Shown one piece after another: positions 27,201-39,200 of a stretch of 55,471 nucleotides of DNA (the first letter of the stretch is position 1; each line of letters starts with the position of its first letter). This DNA comes from a virus (lineage: Duplodnaviria > Caudoviricetes). The position numbers were made by a program, and so were the translations under genes. The notes under the pieces were generated by a model that ran no database searches, had not been told where the DNA came from, and saw nothing but the letters and a program-made list of their open reading frames with translations. Where the stretch lies: the IMG/VR virus record IMGVR_UViG_3300045970_000148, positions 1 through 55,471 of that record; one strand, 5' to 3'.

Positions 27201-30200
27201 TCCACGTCTGCATCGTTGAAAATGACGTAGTTGTAATTGCCTTCACCCTTGCCTCGGCTGGAGCCGTCCAGATATTTAATGCCACGGACGCCGAGAGAAT
27301 GGAGATATTCAGAAGCGGCCCGTTGTCTGTTTTGTTCTGAGTCATCCGCAGCAATTGACTTTGATATCAGGTTGTACGCTTGTTGGCCGTTTACATTGTT
27401 GCTTTGTGCATAATCGGCATAATCTCTACTCAACCTACTGGCTTTATGATAGTCAGTTTCGTTATTTACTATGTCGTCAAACGCTCGTTGAATAGACTCT
27501 TTCACGGTTTCACTCTGCTCATTCAGCGGCATGTCCCACAACAGATATTCATCTTCTTTTGGGTCGAGTTCAACTTGATAGAGTTTGCCTTTGGCTTCTT
27601 CTTCAGCCGGTTCCGGAGAACGTTCAAATCCTGTATCTTTTATTTTGTTTTGGAAACCTTCTTCGGCATATCTATAATCTTTGCCAACGGAATTAGCGTA
27701 AACGAGGTTGCTAAACTCAATTGCTGTTTCTCTGTCGTCTATCGACCTTGGAGCGTGTTCGTGGATGTTCCATTCAAATTCTTGCGCAAGTTCAGGGAAC
27801 TCTTTTTTAAACCTTGCATAATCTGCCTCTGCACGATCAGCAGAATCTTTGGCTATTTTCTGCCAGTTTTTATTCCGCCGCGCAAGCGTCTCCTTGTACC
27901 ACTCCGCAACATCCCGGCTACCTGCAAAGTAAAGACCATACCCGTAAGCCTGCGCCCCTTCACCCGTGCCGATATGCGCCGTACTAAACCCATTATGATC
28001 ATGCGGCGAACCATGCCAGGCAGCGGCAAACATCGCCTCATCACCACCCAAACCAACCGACAACCGCTTTTCCCCAATCCGCAACATCTCGGCCACGGCC
28101 AGTGAAAGCTCACTATCAGAGACATGCGAGATAAGCCCCTGCTGCCGTAACCAGTGCTTGATATACATGAACAGGCGCTGCATCAGGCCTGACGGTTTCC
28201 AATCGGCATTCACCGCCTGTTCTGCAATGGCGGCGGTTGCTTCCTGAACGGCACGGCGGTATTGCTTTTCATCGGTCAAATCATAACCGTACCGGTAGGC
28301 TATCCGCTCAAGCATCAGGTGCGCTTCTTTGGCTGCTTCTGTTTTGCCATTTACCGTACGCTTAAACCAGTCGACAGCCAGGTCAACTACCTTCTTGGTC
28401 TGTCCGGCGTGTGCCAGTTCGTGACCAATGACCAGTGCCTTGACGCGGTCCATATTGGGGATGTTATCTGTTATGACATGGATAGTCCCGCCATATTCCA
28501 TTGCCTGGACATGCGCGGGATTTACTTGTGCTAGTTCGATCTGATTGTATGCGGTGGAGTCTGCTGCTTTTAAATCATCGGGGGATTGCCAAACCTTGAC
28601 GCGCTTGGCAATTGGGAGGGAATCAACAAAGGTTTGAACTTCGGGAACATTTAAGGAACTTTTATTCCGGTCTTTTTCTCGTAAGCCGCTATCGCCCCAG
28701 GCATACAAAGCTTGATTTCCTGAAGCATTTGAGCGTGCTGCCCCGGAGTCATACTTGACCGTGACAGCGTTATTGTTGGCGTTGACGATTGCTTCGCTTT
28801 GTTCGTCGGTGTACTCTGGGATTTCATTATCTGACTCCTTTATTCTTGTTGCTGCCTCGGTATGCAACGAGTCCATAACAGCTTTATCACTGTTACTGTA
28901 TATTATCACATTTCTTGATTCCGGCAAATATAATGTAACGTAGTCACCGAACTTTATCTTTCGGTTTTTCGGCATATAATTTTTGTTAAACAGGTGCACC
29001 GAAGCGTCATGCACAAGCAGCGACTTTACAGTATAGGCATGGTCATTTAAAAACTTTGCCTCAGCATCATAGAATTTAGATGCAGCGCCATCTGATGAAT
29101 ATTCACCATTTGTCAGTTTGATTTTTCCAAGTATTTCCCCGAGACTTACCCAGTCATTATAAAATGTCCGTTTTGCCGTCAAGACATGCTTGCCAGCCTT
29201 ATCAAAAACCTGCATCTCGGTATAGCCGTGCTTGCCAGAAATAGATTTAACCGTATGGTCACTGTCTTTCATCAAACCGCTTACCTGGGCGATGTATTGA
29301 GGAATAAGTGTCTTATGGTCTACCTTCTTTATGGGCTCAATGCTTTCCCGGCCAGCATACGGATAATCGGTATGCATATCTCCGAGCGCAAAATTAGCGG
29401 GACCTTCTCCCGGTTTCACTTCATCCGCTGTCAACTCCGCCTGCAACTGCGATAACTCGGCAATCTTCTCATTGAACGCTGCTTCATGTTCAAACGGTGC
29501 GCCGATTCTCTTTATCAACTGCTTCAACTTCGTTTCATCCTCAGCAAGATTCGATTCTGTTCTTCGAAGCGAATCAGATACATCATTCAAACGGTTGAAG
29601 ATCCTCCGGGCCAAACCAGCCCCATCCGTGCCTTGCGGATACATCATCATATTGGTGTCAATTTCTGACGGCACATTATCAGTTATCTGAATGATATTGG
29701 AATACTGTGTTGTCACCGCTGACATAGCAACGGACGCGACTAACGGCATACCATTAATGCTGCCGTACTGCTGTGAATCAGTCCAAACCCCTTTATAACT
29801 ATTGTCAGGGAATTGGTTTTGAAGATCCAGTACCGCCTGATTATACGCAGCAACTACCGCTTCGCCAAACTCACCTGCCTTGTCAATCGTGCGCTTTTCG
29901 ACAACACCCTTGAAGCTACTACCGGAAACATAACCGCCAACAGCCTTTACCGCTTCTTTCAGCTTGGCAATGCTCTTCTGTTCATAGGATATATTCCATT
30001 CCGCTGTATTTTTATCGCCTCGCATCTGGCTTTGTTGCTGGAAGTGTGCTTCTTTCAAGCGGGAGTAGCGCTCGATATCGGCTTGCAAACCTACCAGCTT
30101 GATAACCCGCTCGTCACCAGACGACAAAGCCCGTGCCATTTCATACTGGCTGACTTCTGAAACATCTTCCATTGTGCGCAGATTATCGTCACCCATAAAG

Positions 30201-33200
30201 GCTTGCTCGATAAAGCGCCCTTTGCGGCCTACCATCTGCCACATGGTTGAATCATAACTCCCTTTGGTGGAATACCAATTAGCCTCAATCTCGGTATTCT
30301 GGTTCCCCTGGCGAATGATACGACCGTGAGCTTGTTCGACTGCGGACGGGTACCACGGTGGATCAATATAATGCAGAGCATAGAGACGGGTTTGCAGATT
30401 CTTTCCGACTCCCAGACTGTTGGCATGGCCGATGATGATCTTCTTGCGCCCTTCGCGCATATCCTTCATGACTGACAATTGCTTGGCACTGGTGTCATAT
30501 TCATCAAACCACGCCACTTCACCAGCAGGAATACCGGCAGCTTTCAAGCGCTGATTGATCCAAGCCCGAGCGTCAAAACCACGGCTCTTGGCGACATTGG
30601 CACCGAAACCATGATTATAAAAGACAACCTGCGTGCCGCCCTTGATTGCAGATGGTTTACCATCAACGCCGTTGTATTTGTTATCCTTCGTGTCTTTATA
30701 CACCCGGATAATTTCATCAATCACGCGGTTCAGCTTGCTATCAGGATCATTCTTGGTCGAACCGACCAGGCGCATATCAATAGACGACAAACGGCCATCG
30801 GTAATAATGTTGATAATCGGGTCAGGGTTTCCCGGTTGATCCGGTGTCGGCTTCCAGTCACGTGCCCGCTGCATACGTGGTTGCAGTACGTTTGTCTGAT
30901 ACGCTTTAAGTTCATCTGACGGCGTAGCGATAATCATATTCGGCTTGCCGCCCTTGATATCAGGGCGAACCACATACGCCCCCAGGTGGCTGGAAGTCAG
31001 TACATCCATAAAGGTACGAACACGCTTCATCAACTCCGGCAGGTTATTGAACTTGGCAAAGCGAGAAACCGGCTCATACTTGCCTGCTGCGTTCAACTCA
31101 TAATCCATTGCCGTCTGGCCGAACATCGCCGCCCAAGCATCAAAATGACCGATATCGTCACGCTCCATCTCTTCTTCCATAAAGAAACGCATGACGTTGT
31201 ACAGCTCGCCCATTGTATTTGTGACAGGTGTACCGGAAGCGAAGACATGACTACGGCCAGGTTTTTGATGCTCCATCCAGTTTGTTTTCAGAAACAGGTC
31301 GAGCGCGGTACGACTACCAACAGGGTCAATTCCCTTGACCTGCTGCACTGTGGTAAAATCCAGTTTACGGAACTTGTGCGCTTCATCAACAAACAAGAAG
31401 TCAACACCCAGTTCTTCATAGGTAATGATATTGTCGCCCTTGCCATCTTCAACAATGCTGTCAAAGCGCTGTTCGGCATTTTCAATCATCTTCTCCATCT
31501 TGGAAATAAGATGTCGGGGTGCATCATCGTCTTGTGCTTCCGTCAATGCTTCACGCATGGCGTTCAGCATCTTCTCTTTCACCGGGGCAACACTCTCCGG
31601 TTTCATGCGCAACTTACCAAGTGCTGATTGCGTAATGATGATAGCATCAGGGGCATTCATCGCCGCTTGCGCCATAAAGCGCTTACGGTTTTTCAGATCA
31701 AAGTTAAGTTCATCGGCCACCATAATGCTTGCCAGTGGGTACGCATCCATGAATTCAGCGGACCATTGCGACAGCTGGTCATTCGGCACGACATAGAGCG
31801 GCTTGTTAATCAGCCCCAGGCGTTTCATCTCCATACCGGCAGCAATCATCTCAAGCGTTTTACCTGCACCAACAGCATGTGCCAGATAGGTATTGCCGGT
31901 CTGGATCATGCGCCAGATTGCCCGCTTCTGGTGAGGGTGCAGCTTATACTTGGTAGCGATACCGGGAAGTGTCAGGTGACTGCCATCAAAACGACGGGGT
32001 GCAAGGTTGTTGTACTTCTTATTGTAGAGATCCAGCATCTCGCCAGCACGTTCAGCATCAGTCCAGATCCACGATCGGAACTCTGTACGCATATTGTCGG
32101 CAATTTCATTTACCCGTGCTGTCGCAGCAGGATCGGCTGATACTTTGCCGTCAAGATCTCTTACGGTAATACGAAGAGGTCGCTGATTCAGAACAGCATC
32201 AAGAATCTCATTAGCACCACGATCAGCCGTACCCCATTCAGCGGTTGAGCTACGCAACGACTGGACACCCTGCTTTTTACTGGAAGCACGGCGGCCATAT
32301 CCTTTGGCCGGGGCATTACCCATTGTTACCTTCCAGGTGTTTGTTGCCGCATGGCGCTCAACCTTTATATTCAGGTTCAGCACTTCTTGGGCGAACTCCC
32401 CGACAATATCAGTCGGCATCCACGCCATACCAAGACCAGCGGTAATCTGTCCCGGTGTAAGCGGTTTTGGCTGTACTTCGGTTAATGCCTTGACGTTTGC
32501 GCGAAACTTCTCATCACTCCGTGCCGCCTGTTCAGCTTCTGCCAGTTTAGTAACAACATCACCAGACAGATATTCATCCGCCAGCAGATGTTCACCGGAT
32601 GGCGTTTCATAGATCATATCGCCCAAGGCTTCAATCGCTTCCGTGCGAGACATCTTCATCAATCCGGCGATGTGATCCAGGTCAAGCATCCCGATTTCAT
32701 CAAGCGACAATGCCAATGCATCACCCATGCTCTGCGGATTGGTGGAACGCACCGGCTTCATGACGGTACGACCGGTCAGGAAGGAGGCTTTTGAAATATC
32801 GCCATCGTCGTTGATCTGCTCAAGCGCGAGAACAAGCGAACCCTCAACGTCGATGTTTGCTGTTTTTTCCCACTTATAATTGCGCGACTCTACTTTCTGT
32901 TCATTGCCATCTTCATCAAGCTCTGTTTTGACTTTCAGCGTAAAGTCTTTGATGTTGCCGTGCTTCTTCACAAAAGCGTCATACGCCTTATTCAGTTCCT
33001 TCAACGACTTTTCCCACCCTGCATCGTTGAACTGGTCAAAACGTGCCTGCTTCATCAGGTCACGTAAAGGAATATAATCGGTCAACCAGACTTGCTCTTT
33101 TGCTGATAGCTTCACCATGCTGGAGAGCGACACCCCGGAACCGTTTTCAACCCGCATGATTCCGCTCTTGTCAGACAGGTACACGCCCCCCTCTTTCTTA

Positions 33201-36200
33201 TTCTTGGGGCTAAAATCACGCTCTACGACAACCTGCTTGATCGTTTTCGGATCTTGTCGCATGGCACTGTAGACGTTGGCAGGCAGGTTTTGCACAGCAG
33301 CGGCAAAGAGCTGTTCAATATCGCCTTCCAGTGGTTTAACAGAATAATCATTCTGGCTGAATTGGCCTCGCTCGGTAACATGAGTACCCAACACCATCTC
33401 AGGATGAGCGGCAAAATACTCGTTGATCTGCTTGGTCTGGTCGCCTATCTGGATATCAGCGGTTTTGCCCCAGGCATGGCCACCCCCTTCGACTCCGCTC
33501 AGGGCAGGTGCTTCACCTTCGGCACGTTTGCGCAAAAAGATAACATCCGTAACAACTTCCGTGCCGCTGTGCTGCTTGAAAGCGGTTTGTGGTAGACGGA
33601 TTGCACCCAGTAGATCGGCACGCTCAGATAGATATGCCCGTGCCTTGTCGTCCAACTTATCCATAGTATAGCGACTGGTAACAAACGCCAGCAAACCACC
33701 GGGACGCACCTTGTCAATGGTCTTGGCAAAGAAGAAGTCATGCAGTGAAAACTTGTTTTTCTTGTAATCAGGGTCAGTCAGGATTGTTGTGGATGAAAAC
33801 GGCGGATTGCCGATTGCCACGTCAAAGAAATTGCCGGGGAACTTCTGCTTGGTGTAGTCACCATGGATAATATTCTGATTCGGATAGAGTTGTTGTGCTA
33901 TGGCAGCAGTAATGCCATCCATCTCAATACCGGTATACTTGGAATTGGCGTAGATACCATCAGGCATGGTGCCCATAAAGTTACCGGTACCGGGGCCAGG
34001 TTCAAACACCTTGCCACCAGCAAAGCCCATACGCTCAAAAGCTTTCCACATGGAGCGGGTAATAGCTTCACTGGTGTAGTGGGCATATTGACTGGAGCGT
34101 GCGGCGGTCTTTAATTCTTCGGGAGTAAGCGCAGTATCAAGGCGGTCAACCAGCGGCTTCCATGCTGCTTCTGCCCATTGTGGAATAATGCGCCCTTGTT
34201 CGGCATAGCCGGGGAATATCTTATTGCGGATTTCGCCAGAGCCCCAACCGACATACTTCATCAATAGAAGTTGTTCGTCAGGCGTGGCCATGCGATTTTC
34301 TTCGCGGAGGGTTTTAATCAGTTCAACAATATCAAGGTTACGGCTGGCACTATCCTTCCAGCTTCCGGTACGCTCTAAGCCGCCATTTGGGATTCGTAAA
34401 TCTCCGGTGGCATCGGATCGGAGAATTCCAGATAATCCGCTCGGGTCACTTCCCAGATCTCGCGTTGCGCTTGTTCCGTCTCCTGCACTTGCTGCATCGA
34501 ATCGTGGATCTTGCTGATTTTCGTTAATGCTTGATGAAACACTGACCGATACGACTCCTCCATCTCCACTGCGTACTCTTCCAGGAACGTCTGCAACGTC
34601 CCCGCTTTTGTCAGATCTTTGTGCATCTGAGGTGCCTGTTCCTTCATCGACAATGCTATCATCTGTTCCAGTTTTTTGCCGCTCGGAATTAACATCAGAC
34701 ACCTCCTCGTTTTCTTCTATTATAGCATAGTTATTGTTTTTTACATCATCCATAAAGCGCATGAGATAGGGTTTAATGGCGTTACCAAACTGCTTGGCAA
34801 TGAACTGAAAGAACTCGGTTAACTGCTTGCCGGATTCTTTGAAGTTATTGTATGCTGCCACAAAGTGAGGTTTGGCTTTGGCGTAGGTATGCTCGTCCAC
34901 GGCACCGGGGAAGTTCTTTAGCGAGCCACCACCAAAGATGTCATAGAGCCCTTTCAATGCTTCACCGGCACCCTTGACGCCAGAATCAGCGGCGGCTTTC
35001 AGAATATCGCTTGCGCCTCGGGTGTCTGTTGCAGGTGTGCCTGTTACCGCGTCTTGTCCGTATGCCCCTGAGACAATCGGGTCGTTACCGGTTCCGTAGA
35101 TTGTATCTACAAGATACTTCTTGCGGGTGTCGGTCAAGTGCCGCCATTTTGTCTTGGCCAAGAGATCAGTCTGGCCGCTCATATCCTGCGTAATCACTCT
35201 TCGGCCAACAAGAGTTAATTCGTTATCCCACCATGCTTCATAGTCTATGGTAGAGTTAATTGCCGGTTTCGCTGATCGTGCTGTCTGCTTGCTCCACAAA
35301 TCAAACAGTCCGGCATAACCGCCGATTTCCTTTATTGCTGATTCAAGATCCTCGGGAGATAATGCATAGTAATCCCACACATAAACTTCCAGATCTTTTT
35401 TGAATACATTATAATATTCATCTGTCCCTTGACCGTTGTTTATGAACTTGGTTGCCATACTCCATGCAGCATCAATAGCCTTACCGCGCTTTTCTTTTTC
35501 ATAAGGGGAATTATCTACAGATTTAACCGGAATGCTTTCAGCGACAACATCTACAACACTCTTCCCGGCCAGTGCAGTATTCAATTTATCCAGAAAATCA
35601 AACGGTGGCGAAAACTTATTCCCCGGTGCCGTGCCGCCGACACTGCGGTGATACCAATCGCCATCCACTTTGGTATAGATATAAGGATTGTTGTCAACCT
35701 GAACTTCGTTATCCGCCAGCTCGACCTTTTCAGGTGCAACCGCTTCGCCCTGCAAGCCTTCCACAAACTTCCGTCGTGCAGGAGTATCAGTCACATACCA
35801 AACACGCTTACGCATTGCCCACCGGAAACCTTCCGCCTTGATCTTGCTGATAACAGCATCAGACGGTTTTCCTTCAAAGCGCAATTCAATACCATTCTGC
35901 GCACTGTTGAATGAAACCTTCATCCCGGCAACCGGCTCTACCTTCGGCTTGGCCGCTTCAACCTTCTGCCGGTACTTATCCGCCTCATCTGGGTACTTTT
36001 CTGCCCAAGTATCAAACGCCGCCTGTTGTTCATCAGCAGTCTTGTCAAAAGCAGTTGCCGACTTTTCGTGACTGGCAATATTCTCTTTCTTCTTGGCACG
36101 TTCAGCTGCATTGCGTGAACTCTGTGCCTGTTTGCGGGAATACGCTACATTTCGCAGTAGTGCGTCTGGTTCGACCGCTACTTTATTATAAACCGGGGCA

Positions 36201-39200
36201 GGAACAACTGCCGGAGCGGGATCTGTTTCATGGTTCATGTGATCGAAAGAAGCATACCCTTTGACACCGTTATCCCACACAACATCATACGAATGAGAAT
36301 GACGCTGTGAAGCTTCGGATGAAGCGGACCCGTATGTAATCATGCGGCTGATAAATGTTTCAGCACGGGAAACTTCACCATGCTTACCGTCACTATCCTG
36401 AACACGATCCCCCTCTTTAAAGTAGGGTGCCGTCTGGTCATCTCTTTCCGGTTTTGTTGGATGGGAATCAATAGGAGGTGGTGTACTTTTCCGCTCTTCC
36501 TGCTTTGCCTTATGCTTCTGTAATGCTTTTTGAATGCGCGGTTTGTTCTCTGGCTTGGCCTTGGCTATAACCTGCTTCAAATACGCTTCGTGCTTCTTGG
36601 CTTTTGATAGCGAACGTGCCGGTTTTTCAGCAGCCGTTACATCATCAAACATCGCCGCCATTTCCTCAAGCGACAGGCTGTTAATTTCATCTTCAATGGT
36701 TTTGGTGGCAGTAGGTAGTTCCTCGGCCTTGATACGGGCCTTGCGTGGAGCATTGGTCTTTTTCGGTTTCTCCGCCTTGGCACCATCGACTAAACCAGCA
36801 GCATAGGCTTCATTGGCGGTTTCAGTATGTTGAGTCTGATCCAGCATAGGTTGACCGTGATCCTGCCATCCAGCATGGTAATTGGCGTAAAACATTTTAT
36901 CAAAGTCGTTGCGGTCCCAACTTGGGGCATCCCAGAGATCATACTTATTCAGCATTGCTTCATAAGCTTTTTGGCCAGCTTTGCCGCGTGGATGTTCTTT
37001 CTTGCCAGGCAGCGGGAGCCGTTCTACTGTTTTAACTGCGCCTGCCGTACCTTCGCTTGCAACATCACCTTTACTGACTGGAGAAACGCTTTCCGCTTCG
37101 CTGGTGGCATCTTCTTGCACTTGTCCTTGATCTTCTGTGCTGTTTCCTTGACTGAATTCTGTTGCATCCAGAACCTCCTTAAGATCGTTTTCAACCTCCT
37201 GCCAATCGGCGGCGGTCAGGGTTTCATTATCCAGTCCATCAAGATACTCATCCAGAATATCGCCAGCATCAGCCAGTTCTTGTACCTGTTCATCAAGCCA
37301 CTGGTTACGGCTGAACTCGTCGTACTCTTCATCGGTCATGGCGTTAATCATTTCCGAATAGCGAATCTCCGCTTCGCGGTATGCGTCGGTACCCGCTTCG
37401 GTCGAATGCGTCGAGCGGTGTACGGTACCGCGTTGTGCACTATCCAGCTTATCAAGCAGAGTGTTGATATCAGCAGACTCATCAAGATAGCCCTGTTCAA
37501 CCAATGCTTCTCGCATCCTGTCCAGCGGTATACCCTTGGAACTGATAACATGCAGAATCCCGGCCTTAGCTTCTTTTGTGGCCAGGCTATTCAGTGTGTG
37601 TGCCAGATCCTTGCCGGTACCGGTCTGCTTGTCGATCTCTGTACGACTGATACCGCCCAACTTGGCAATAGCTACAGCAATGCTGTCTTTGGAAGTATCC
37701 AGTTGACGGCGGGTGTTGGCCGGTTTTACTGGTGGCGGTGTTTTGCCGGTCTTGTTTTCGGGAGGAAGTCCACCAAGAAACTTGTCCAGCTCCTTTATAT
37801 ACTTACTGGTATCGTATTTCTCGCCTTGCGGGTTTGTGGCCTTTTCAATATTTGACCTTACTTCGCTTGCAGCTGCCAACAGTGCTTCACGCTCGGTGCC
37901 GTAACCTTTGTTATGGCCGCTCGGAGTCAGGGGCGGGTGTGGCCCACCGTGTCCTGAGTAAGCAGTATTGTAACCGGCGTTAGCGTAATACTCGCCGTCA
38001 GCAGCTTTACCTATCTTGAAATCAAAAAACGGTACAGCTTGAGGACGCTTCGGATCTGGTACGGTATAGCGCGTCTGTTCTGCCACCTGTTCTTCCATTT
38101 TCGGTGTTGTGTTTACTGCTTTACCAGATTCGGCGGCCTGGATCTCTGCATTGATCTCACTCAATCGCTGAGTGACTTCCGCTGGATACACCAAACCGCC
38201 GGTAATACCCTTGCCGCTGTTTTTTGTAAGCAGTTGTTCTTTCTCCTGCTTCAATGCGGTAACACGGTCTGTTACAGCCTGGCTCCGCACGCTGGACACT
38301 TCTTCTTGCGGCCCATTGTTTTTTTGCTGCACGCTGGACAAATCATTGCTTACACCTCCGGGTTGGATATTATCACTTCCGACTCCTGCCACTTGGCTTT
38401 GCACAGGGGGCACTGCCACTCGCTGCCCGTCCATTTCACTCGGCCCTTGGTTTGGCACTTCGGGCAATATACTTGTAATGCCATTGACCTTCTCCTGTGA
38501 CTTACGGAATTCAGAGACAATTCTTGATGCGTATGAAGCGGCACGCTCTCCGTGCAGTTGCATCAAATGGCCGTCTGATTGCTGGTTCTTCCATGCCATA
38601 GCCTTTTCAAGCTCACTTGGAGCTGATGGCAGAGAGGCGGCTTCCGGCTGTATCTCTGGGGCATTGGCAAAAGGTTGAGCTGCAAACGATGAATACATAT
38701 CCGCTGATATCGGTGGCAGATCAGGAAGAATGGAATTGACGGCGCGGGTCATTGCTCCTGCCGGTGGAGTTGCAGCTATACCAAGATCACGTCCCGAATC
38801 CACGGGCCAGCTTTCGGGTATAGAATCGGCGCCAACACCTGATGAATCTTGCAGTATGTTACCAGTGCGTACATTTGCTCCTGTGACAATTTCGGTAGCG
38901 GGTTGGTTTTGCTGATTGACGGCATTGGCTTCCTCCGTTGGTATTTGTGGCTGTTGGCCACGCTGCTCTAAATAATCACCGGCATGACTCAATACCTGCC
39001 CGCCACCACCCATTGCGGCACCGGCCAATCCGCCCAATGCTGCTGATTCGGCAACACGCTCGTCCCACGGCTTGCCAAGCGCAAGGTTCTGCATGACCTG
39101 TTCTTGTGCTGATTGAGGCAACTCTTCAAAGATGCCCTCCGACAACATCCCGCCAGTAATACCCTTGACCATGCCGACTTTACTTTGACCGGCCAGCTTA

